From positions 928,001-992,000 of the forward strand of contig OY759316.1 in assembly GCA_963662275.1 (NCBI GenBank): a stretch of DNA of 64,000 nt. Reading direction: 5' to 3'. A program made the position numbers and the translations under genes. Position 1 is the stretch's first letter; each line of letters opens with the position of its first letter. This document shows positions 50,371-58,313 of the stretch, in pieces. Origin of the DNA: Candidatus Cloacimonadales bacterium. Lineage in GTDB: Bacteria; Cloacimonadota; Cloacimonadia; Cloacimonadales; DAONDQ01. The notes beneath the pieces were generated by a model, which did no database searches, was not told the DNA's origin, and saw nothing but the letters and a program-made list of their open reading frames with translations.

Positions 50371-51503
50371 AATATAAATTATTGTTATTTATTATGGTGT
50401 CGAATGTTGTCTTGGTAAATGCACTGGCAACATGGAAACCAGAATATACTAATATTGTGAACCAATTTCTACATGTTGATGATATGAATATCCAAGCTCA
50501 ATTAAATGGACTTAAACCAACAACACTTGAAGAAAAGGCATTTGTCGCGTATTATCGGGCAAAACTAGTTTCAGATCCTTTAACAATTACCATTGAGTTG
50601 GGGAAAGTAGCAGATACCTATCCAAAAACGGAATATGGTCAAAGAGCTTACTTAGATTTAGGAATCAGATCATTTCTGCAAAGAGATTTTGATAAATCAT
50701 CCGCATATCTCTTAAAAATTACGTCACCCAATCTAATTGAAAAGGATTATTGGCTTGCTCAGATTTATGAAAAACTAAATGAAAACGAGAAAGCAATCCT
50801 GTCCGGTCAGAATTATTTAAAAACTGCCTCAAATCCTGATCAGATCGAAAATACATATTATATCATCGCAAATGCATATCTCAATCAAGCAAAATATGAG
50901 AATGTTCAGATTGTATTAGCAAAACTGGATAAAATAGAGAATTTACCAAAACATAAGGTCTACTACAACTATCTTCGCGGGTATGCATACGATATGGCAA
51001 ATAATGATGACAAAGCTCTTGAATATTATAAAAGTATTTACACCTTGGATAGGTACAGTCAGTTTGCCTTTTTAACTGAAGACAGATTATTTGCCATGAA
51101 ATCAAGGAAGAAGAATCACCTGGATATCAGTTTTATATATCCTGACAGTGTTTATCATCCTGCACCAGAGCTACCTGATACTACAAATACGGTGGTGGGG
51201 AATCCTGCTCTCACCGGAGATTCACTCCATGTTGAGACGGTTCCTGATTCAATGCAAATGGTAAAAAATACAGGACATGGTATTTTTCTTCAATTAGGAC
51301 GTTTTTCTGCAGAAGTTAATGCTCAGAAACTCATGCTGCAGTTGAAGGAAAATGACTTCAATGCGATGTATTTTCTATCGAAAACAGATGGAAAAGTATC
51401 GTATCGAGTTTTGATGGGTCCATTTACAACTAAAGGTCAAGCAGAAAAAACGAAAGCAAAACTACATGATAAATCCTTCAATGCAATTACCGTGACGAGA
51501 TAG
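50361..51503 (+). CDS. Exported TPR-repeat protein with C-terminal SPOR domain
   Basis: Signal peptide, helical TPR-like repeats, LQLGRFS..NA...YRVLMGPF..K.QA. Confidence 0.8.
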   Translation: MRIKYKLLLFIMVSNVVLVNALATWKPEYTNIVNQFLHVDDMNIQAQLNGLKPTTLEEKAFVAYYRAKLVSDPLTITIELGKVADTYPKTEYGQRAYLDLGIRSFLQRDFDKSSAYLLKITSPNLIEKDYWLAQIYEKLNENEKAILSGQNYLKTASNPDQIENTYYIIANAYLNQAKYENVQIVLAKLDKIENLPKHKVYYNYLRGYAYDMANNDDKALEYYKSIYTLDRYSQFAFLTEDRLFAMKSRKKNHLDISFIYPDSVYHPAPELPDTTNTVVGNPALTGDSLHVETVPDSMQMVKNTGHGIFLQLGRFSAEVNAQKLMLQLKENDFNAMYFLSKTDGKVSYRVLMGPFTTKGQAEKTKAKLHDKSFNAITVTR

Positions 51504-51505
51504 AT

Positions 51506-54133
51506 ATGATTCCTGAAGATACTAAGATTACTCCGATGCTGCAGCAGTACAAAAAAATGAAGGAAGCACATCCAGATAAACTTCTACTGTTTCGAATGGG
51601 TGATTTCTATGAAACATTCTTCGATGATGCCCAGACGATGTCGAAAATACTGGGTATCACGTTAACAGCTCGAAACAAAAGTGATGGAAATCCCATACCT
51701 TTAGCCGGCTTTCCCTACCATGCCATCGATTCATATCTCGATAAGTTGATCAAGGCAGGGTTAAAGGTAGCCATATGCGAACAGGTTGAAGATCCAAAGT
51801 TGGCAAAGGGTTTAGTAAAACGTGAAATCGTGGAAATCATTACCCCAGGTGTCATTCTTGATCAGCAATTAATTGAAGGTTCAAGGAATAATTTCTTCGC
51901 TTGTATTCATCTCGATAATAAGCTGAAGATAGCAGGTCTAGCTTATCTGGATATTTCAACTGGTGATTTTCTGTTTAGTGAAATGGAAATTCAGGATGTA
52001 AAAAATGAAATTCAGCGGATTCATCCTGCAGAGATTATCATCCAGAATCCAGAAATTAAATACTTTATTGATGATCTTAAATTGGATTATACACCGGCTA
52101 TTACCATATATGACAGTTGGTATTTTGATTTGAAGGAATCCACTAAACTGCTAAAAGAACATTTTCATACAACAACCCTGGAAAGCCTCGGCGCTCAAGG
52201 ACATAATGCAGGAGCTATTGCAGCAGGTGCGGCTCTTGCTTATGTTAAGTCCTTGCGAGATGATAATTTATCACATATCACATCATTACATTTTTACTCC
52301 TTGTCTTCATTTATGCAGTTAGATGAAATCACAAGAAGAAACTTAGAACTGATTCGCTCCATGCGTTATGGAAACCGTAGCGGTAGTTTGATTGATGTTC
52401 TTGATAAAACTCAGACTCCTATGGGTTCAAGGCTATTGCATCAATGGATGATGAATCCGCTTCTAGAACAGAGACATATTGAAAAGCGATTAGATATGGT
52501 AGAAGATTTCCTCTCACAATATCCTTTGACGGAAGATCTTCGTCTGATATTAAAGGAAATAGGTGATCTCAGCCGTTTATTAAGTAAAGTGGGAGCGCTA
52601 CGTGTCAATCCCAGGGAAACAATGGCACTAGGTCATTATTTGAGTACAGCACCCGCTATTCATAATCTCTTGAAACGATACGAGTCCTCAGTTTTAGAAT
52701 CAATTTCTCAAGACATTCCTGATTTTGCTCCCATGATTGAATTGATTGATAAAGCAATTTCAGATACTCCACCTATGACTATTATGGAAGGAAATATCTT
52801 CAAAAACGAATATAATGCTGATTTGGATGAACTTCGTTCGATCAGCCGTGATGGGAAAAGCTGGATCGCAAGACTGGAAGCGGAAGAAAGGCAAAAGACA
52901 GGTATCCCATCCCTCAAGATTGGGTATAACAAGGTTTTTGGCTATTATCTTGAAGTGACTTTGGCTCATGTTTCAAAAATACCTGATTATTATATCAGAA
53001 AACAGACATTGGTTAATGGTGAACGATACATATCTCCTCAGTTGAAGGAATATGAAGCGAAAGTATTAGGAGCGGAAGAACGTATCAAAAGTTTAGAATA
53101 TGAGCTTTTTAAAGATATCCGCAATACAATAGCAGATTACATGGGAAGTATGCAGAAATACGTGGAAAAGATTGCAGAACTGGATGTTTTATCCACCTTT
53201 GCCTTCCATGCATATCATAAAAATTATGTTAGACCTGTTTTCACAGATTCGGGAATACTGGAGATGATCGATTGTCGTCATCCGGTGATCGAGCAGATTC
53301 TCTTGGATGAACAATATATCCCAAATGATGTGAATCTTGATGATGAATGTACTAAGATAGCCATTATCACAGGACCGAACATGGCGGGTAAATCTACATA
53401 TTTGAGACAGATCGGTCTGCTGGTGATCATGGCGCAAATGGGTTGTTATATTCCAGCAAAATCAGCTCATTTACCGATTTTTGATAAAGTTTTCACAAGA
53501 GTTGGTGCTTCTGATAATCTAGCTATGGGACAAAGCACATTCCTGGTCGAGATGGTCGAAACTGCTAATATTCTGAATTCGGCAACACCAAGATCACTTA
53601 TTCTACTGGATGAAATCGGAAGAGGAACTAGTACTTTTGATGGTTTAAGTCTTGCCTGGGCGATTGTGGAGTATATTCATAAATTTAAAAAGGCTAAAAC
53701 CCTGTTTGCTACTCATTATCATGAATTAACTGAGTTGGAAAACGTCCTTTCTGGAGTAAAAAACTACAATATTGCAATTAGGGAATGGAATGAGCAAATG
53801 ATATTTCTGAGAAAGATAGAACGTGGTGGCGTTGACCAAAGTTATGGTATCCAGGTGGCACGATTGGCAGGATTACCGGATAAGGTTATTAAAAGGGCAA
53901 AAGATATCCTGCGTAACTTGGAAGAACATGAACTAAGTCCGCAAGGTTTGACTGCAAAGATCAAGAAACAACTTGGTCAGAAAAATGACCAGTTGAGTAT
54001 TTTTGAAGTAATTGTAGAAAAAACAGAAGAAAAAGATAAACTCCTGGCTGAGATCAAGGACCTAGAACTCGATCGTGTATCTCCGATGGAAGCTTGGCAA
54101 AAGTTAAAAGAAATACAAGATAAAATTGAATAA
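51506..54133 (+). CDS. mutS: DNA mismatch repair protein MutS
   Basis: TPMLQQY, FRMGDFYETF, GPNMAGKSTYLRQ, STFLVEM, DEIGRGTST, FATHYHEL, SYGIQVA. Confidence 0.98.
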   Translation: MIPEDTKITPMLQQYKKMKEAHPDKLLLFRMGDFYETFFDDAQTMSKILGITLTARNKSDGNPIPLAGFPYHAIDSYLDKLIKAGLKVAICEQVEDPKLAKGLVKREIVEIITPGVILDQQLIEGSRNNFFACIHLDNKLKIAGLAYLDISTGDFLFSEMEIQDVKNEIQRIHPAEIIIQNPEIKYFIDDLKLDYTPAITIYDSWYFDLKESTKLLKEHFHTTTLESLGAQGHNAGAIAAGAALAYVKSLRDDNLSHITSLHFYSLSSFMQLDEITRRNLELIRSMRYGNRSGSLIDVLDKTQTPMGSRLLHQWMMNPLLEQRHIEKRLDMVEDFLSQYPLTEDLRLILKEIGDLSRLLSKVGALRVNPRETMALGHYLSTAPAIHNLLKRYESSVLESISQDIPDFAPMIELIDKAISDTPPMTIMEGNIFKNEYNADLDELRSISRDGKSWIARLEAEERQKTGIPSLKIGYNKVFGYYLEVTLAHVSKIPDYYIRKQTLVNGERYISPQLKEYEAKVLGAEERIKSLEYELFKDIRNTIADYMGSMQKYVEKIAELDVLSTFAFHAYHKNYVRPVFTDSGILEMIDCRHPVIEQILLDEQYIPNDVNLDDECTKIAIITGPNMAGKSTYLRQIGLLVIMAQMGCYIPAKSAHLPIFDKVFTRVGASDNLAMGQSTFLVEMVETANILNSATPRSLILLDEIGRGTSTFDGLSLAWAIVEYIHKFKKAKTLFATHYHELTELENVLSGVKNYNIAIREWNEQMIFLRKIERGGVDQSYGIQVARLAGLPDKVIKRAKDILRNLEEHELSPQGLTAKIKKQLGQKNDQLSIFEVIVEKTEEKDKLLAEIKDLELDRVSPMEAWQKLKEIQDKIE

Positions 54134-54149
54134 ATTGAGGTGATTACGA

Positions 54150-55919
54150 ATGAAATTTAAACAGCTGTTACTGCTAACCTTACTGTTTTGTTTGCCCTTC
54201 CTGAATTTCGCGCAGAATATTAAATACGCCGGCAAGATAAACGGTCATCTCATCACTGAAAGTGATTTTGCAGAAGCACTTTGGGGACATTACCAGAATT
54301 TCGTTCTTGAGCATGATAGAAAACCAAGTGATGCTGAGTGGCTGAATATCTACGATAAAACTTGGTTAAACAGCACAAAACAGCTAATCTTAATTGATGC
54401 CTATAAAAAATACGGAATCACTGTTACCGAGCAGGAAGTCATGAATGATTTGGAGAATAACATTCCAAACTTCATTAGGGAACACCCATTATTCCAAAAT
54501 GAAGATGGCTTCGAGCAAGAATTGTATATTAAAAGTTTACAAACTGATAAACCCGTTGATTTATCCTGGCTTAGAGAAAATTACTATCTTTATGTTATTC
54601 CGCAGAATAAACTCAAAGAAAAACTGGCAGCCGACATGATGATCACTGAAAAAGAAGTTCGGGATCAATATGCCGTAAATCATGGATCAGCCAAAGCTTC
54701 GATTTTTCCCTTTATCAATATTAGATTTAAACCGTTAATAACAAATGAGAATATCGATAAATACTACAAAGATAACATGGGCAGTTTTGTTCGATCCCCC
54801 CAATGCGATATAGGTGTATCAATTTTTCCGATAGAACCCTCAAAAGAAGATACCTTGTATGCTAAAACCAAGATAGACTCACTTTACCAAAATCTGAAGA
54901 ATGGGGAATCCTTTCAACTCTTAGCTTCTAAGTATTCCATGTCTGTCTCAGCAACAAAAGACGGTGATATCGGATATCTTGAATTGACAACATTACCTGT
55001 AAACGTCCAGGAACAAATTAGAAATATGGAAGTTGGACATTTTTCAAAACCAATTCACATGAAAGATTCCTGGGTTTTATATAAGATCGATGATAAAACT
55101 AAGAATTTGATCAAATTGAGAGAAATCAGGATTTCTGCACAGATTGGAGATAGAACAAAAGAATTACTGCTTAATCATATTATCAAAGTCCGTGATTTAT
55201 CATTCCAATTGGATTTACAGAAAGCTGCAAGTGAATTTGATGTATCCTATGCAATCATTAAGAACCTAACAAAGAACAAACCAAAAAGGAATAATATCTC
55301 TTTTGATACTAATGTTATTGAAAGAGCGATAGCTGCAAAACCAAGTTATCTCTTTGAACCGATTTTCAGACCAGATCTTCATGCCTATTTATTAATCCAG
55401 GTTCTTCAAACACAGCCTTTCCAGGAATTGCCACTCACTGCTGTGCAAGATTCCATCAGGAGTATTCTCACACTACAAACCCAGAAAGTAATGGCAAAAG
55501 AAGCTGCTGATCTGTTTTATGAGAAATACAAGAAACAGGACTTTTCAATATTGAGAATGTCAGGAAATTCAATTCTTGACTTCGAAGAATTGCGGATGTC
55601 TTCGACAATTCCTACAAAAGGATATGAAGCAATAATGGATGCGATTTTACGAATGCAATCGAATAATGCGATAACCAACCCCATTCCAACTATGGATGGA
55701 TATTTTATTGGGTATTGTCAAATTTATCACGCTCCTAGCTGGGATAATTTAGAAACTGAAAAGAAGCAGATCATAGCAGGATTACAAAAGCAGCGGATGA
55801 ATGATTATTTCGTTAACTGGGTAAACAACCAGGTTAAGCATGCGCATATCACAAAATGGTATAAATTCCGGACACTTGGATCAACTCCAGTAGTCCAAGA
55901 CAGAGAAACTTCAAAATAA
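54150..55919 (+). CDS. SurA/PpiD-like periplasmic chaperone with parvulin PPIase domain
   Basis: Signal peptide, SurA-N-like start, GESFQLLASKYS...KDGDIGY...GHFSKPI. Confidence 0.8.
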   Translation: MKFKQLLLLTLLFCLPFLNFAQNIKYAGKINGHLITESDFAEALWGHYQNFVLEHDRKPSDAEWLNIYDKTWLNSTKQLILIDAYKKYGITVTEQEVMNDLENNIPNFIREHPLFQNEDGFEQELYIKSLQTDKPVDLSWLRENYYLYVIPQNKLKEKLAADMMITEKEVRDQYAVNHGSAKASIFPFINIRFKPLITNENIDKYYKDNMGSFVRSPQCDIGVSIFPIEPSKEDTLYAKTKIDSLYQNLKNGESFQLLASKYSMSVSATKDGDIGYLELTTLPVNVQEQIRNMEVGHFSKPIHMKDSWVLYKIDDKTKNLIKLREIRISAQIGDRTKELLLNHIIKVRDLSFQLDLQKAASEFDVSYAIIKNLTKNKPKRNNISFDTNVIERAIAAKPSYLFEPIFRPDLHAYLLIQVLQTQPFQELPLTAVQDSIRSILTLQTQKVMAKEAADLFYEKYKKQDFSILRMSGNSILDFEELRMSSTIPTKGYEAIMDAILRMQSNNAITNPIPTMDGYFIGYCQIYHAPSWDNLETEKKQIIAGLQKQRMNDYFVNWVNNQVKHAHITKWYKFRTLGSTPVVQDRETSK

Positions 55920-55922
55920 TAT

Positions 55923-55950
55923 TTGACATCACAGACAAAGTATACAAAAT
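55923..55950 (+). promoter_or_regulatory. Putative sigma70-type promoter
   Basis: Perfect TTGACA at 55923 with CAAAAT 16 nt downstream, ~100 bp before the ATG at 56025. Confidence 0.45.
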
Positions 55951-56024
55951 GTGTATTGATACCTTATTCTCTGTGAAGTGTGAGTCTAATAGAAATGCAT
56001 AAAGCATTTGTATTTGGAGGAAAC

Positions 56025-56741
56025 ATGAAATATATGTTTTTAATGATAGTTCTTTCCTTTTCTTTAGTATTGGCTGCAACAACGATTTATGATATCCAGT
56101 ACACCTCGAATCCAGGTGTCGATAATACCTATCCTTCTCCCTTGGCGAATCAAAACGTTTCGGTGACAGGGATTGTTACCGCAACTGGATTTCATGCTTC
56201 TTCAGGTCCAAAATTCTTCCTATCTGATCCCATGGGCGGGGCATGGCGTAGTATCTTTATCGATGATGCCAGCCATCCGGTACAGGTCGGCGATTTAGTA
56301 ACAGTAGCGGGAACGGTGAAGGAATATTATGGCATGACAGAAATCCGTCAATGTACGGTAATTAATGTGTTAAGCTCAAATAATGCAATTCCCAATCCTC
56401 TCATTCTGACGAGTGGACAACTAGCTTCCGAAGAGGCATATGAAAGCTGCTTTGTGAAAATTCAGGATATTACCTGCACCATTGCTCCAAATTCACAAAA
56501 TGAATTGTATGTGGATGACGGTTCAGGTTCAGCTAAAATTGACGATGGCTTCTTTTCCGGATCAATTCCATTTCCAATTAATTCTGGTATCGGCATCATT
56601 TATTCTTATCTTATGGGAATTGTTGAATATTCTCATGGTACTTTCTGTTTACAGCCGAGAAATTCATTAGATGTACAAAAAAGAGCCCCCGTTCTGAATT
56701 CACATAAGTCCTGGGGTAAAATCAAATCGATATATAAATAA
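56025..56741 (+). CDS. Secreted OB-fold-type protein ending in SWGKIKSIYK
   Basis: Signal peptide; TIYDIQY...SPL..QNVSVTGIVTA, VGDLVTVAGTVKEYYGMTEI, EAYESCFV, LQPRNSLD as in OB modules of extracellular nucleases; GGAGG RBS. Confidence 0.75.
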   Translation: MKYMFLMIVLSFSLVLAATTIYDIQYTSNPGVDNTYPSPLANQNVSVTGIVTATGFHASSGPKFFLSDPMGGAWRSIFIDDASHPVQVGDLVTVAGTVKEYYGMTEIRQCTVINVLSSNNAIPNPLILTSGQLASEEAYESCFVKIQDITCTIAPNSQNELYVDDGSGSAKIDDGFFSGSIPFPINSGIGIIYSYLMGIVEYSHGTFCLQPRNSLDVQKRAPVLNSHKSWGKIKSIYK

Positions 56742-56764
56742 AGTAATATCTGGAGGATAGAAAC

Positions 56765-57181
56765 ATGAAAAAGTTTTTTAAAAGCCTACTAATATTAGGC
56801 GGAACAGCAGCGGCAGGTTACTTAGGGTTTAAAGCCTATAAAAAAGTCAGCTCGATAGTCCGTTTAAGCAAAGCATTACCGGAATTTCTAAAAAATGTAT
56901 ATGGGGAAATTCCAAAGATTCATATCAACATGGCTTTGAACAAAGTGATCATCAAGACCGGTTTCACCCAAGAGATAATAGACAAACATGAAGATATTGA
57001 ATCAACAGTTCGTGAATATGTGGAAGATTTCTTCCCTTCACTTGGAAATAAAAAACTCAGTATTCATGTTTATGTAAAAGGTGAAGAGGATGAAGAGGAT
57101 GAAGACGAATGCTGTTGCTGCTGTGGTGACGATGATGATGAATGTAACATCGACGAAACTGAAGAAGAACCTAAAAAATAA
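56765..57181 (+). CDS. Hypothetical membrane-anchored protein with acidic poly-Cys tail
   Basis: GGAGG RBS, N-terminal hydrophobic helix, tail EEDEEDEDECCCCCGDDDDECNIDETEEE, terminator follows. Confidence 0.75.
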   Translation: MKKFFKSLLILGGTAAAGYLGFKAYKKVSSIVRLSKALPEFLKNVYGEIPKIHINMALNKVIIKTGFTQEIIDKHEDIESTVREYVEDFFPSLGNKKLSIHVYVKGEEDEEDEDECCCCCGDDDDECNIDETEEEPKK

Positions 57182-57202
57182 CAAAATAACTATACAGTCA
57201 TG

Positions 57203-57233
57203 AATAAAGGTCAGCTAATGCTGACCTTTTATT
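57203..57233. terminator. Probably bidirectional intrinsic terminator
   Basis: AAAGGTCAGC-TAAT-GCTGACCTTT between convergent genes. Confidence 0.8.
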
Positions 57234-57386
57234 TATTTTCTTTAGAAGTGTAGACGTCCAACTTGAGCGCCTCTAGGTCATTTCTCAACTCACTCAACTC
57301 AGACTTCCAATTTTGGCTTCTCTTCTCAACCAGTAATAACCAGATGTAGTTAAATTTTTCTATATGCTTTTGTTGAAAGAGTTTAA

Positions 57387-58313
57387 TCAATCATCTATTC
57401 CAATGATATCACATGCTAATCTATTATTTCGAATAATTGAAGCCAGATCATTCATTTGAATGGAACTTGGTGTCTCTGCATTTGAAAGAAGATACTCCCT
57501 GTTCAAAGATTTGTATTTATTTTTACCAAATGCATGATATGGTAGTAACCTGATCTTAGATATTCCTAAACTTTGAGCAAGCTCACAGACAGCCTCAATG
57601 AATTGCGCATTATCATTGACTAAGGGAATAATCGGCAGGCTGAGTTGAATCTTCTCACTTCCAATGGTCTGGACTAACAATTCCAGATTGTTCAGAATTG
57701 GCTGTAACGAACGACCTGTATAATGAAGATGAGTTGCTTCATCCATCAGTTTGATATCAAAATAAACAAAATCAAAGAGTTTGAGAAATGCTTCACGTTT
57801 TGATAAACGAGCCACGTCGAAGTAACCGCAGGTTTCCAATCCCAGTCCCAAGCCTTCATCTTTTATTCGTTCTGCTAAAGCCACTGCAAAATCCAGTTGA
57901 AACAATGCCTCACCTCCGGAGAAAGTGATTCCTCCACAAGAGTTCTGATAATATAGGCGATTCGATAGAATTCTATCTATCACTTGCTCCACACTATATT
58001 TTCTACCGACAATTTGAATGGCACTTTGGGAACAGGCTGTGGCGCATGATTGTGTTGAGCAAATTGCGCATTTACTGTGATCAATTCTGATCTCATCTTC
58101 CAATCGGATTGCCTGTAATCGGCAACTTTTGATACAGTTTCCACATTTGATGCAATGCTCTGTATGATGCATTGGCTCGAAATAGATGCTTTGACTTTCC
58201 GGATTCGAGCACCATTGACAGTTTAAAGGACAGCCCTTGAAAAACAGAACAGTGCGTATTCCCGGACCATCTTGTGTAGCAAAGTCCGAGATATCAAAGA
58301 GATTACCTGTCAT
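57387..58313 (-). CDS. Glycyl-radical enzyme activating enzyme (radical SAM with ferredoxin-like insert)
   Basis: DGPGIRTVLFFKGCPLNCQWCSNPES; extra CIKCGNCIKSC and CAICSTQSCATAC; GGITFSGGE; LLPYH. Confidence 0.95.
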   Translation of the reverse strand: MTGNLFDISDFATQDGPGIRTVLFFKGCPLNCQWCSNPESQSIYFEPMHHTEHCIKCGNCIKSCRLQAIRLEDEIRIDHSKCAICSTQSCATACSQSAIQIVGRKYSVEQVIDRILSNRLYYQNSCGGITFSGGEALFQLDFAVALAERIKDEGLGLGLETCGYFDVARLSKREAFLKLFDFVYFDIKLMDEATHLHYTGRSLQPILNNLELLVQTIGSEKIQLSLPIIPLVNDNAQFIEAVCELAQSLGISKIRLLPYHAFGKNKYKSLNREYLLSNAETPSSIQMNDLASIIRNNRLACDIIGIDD

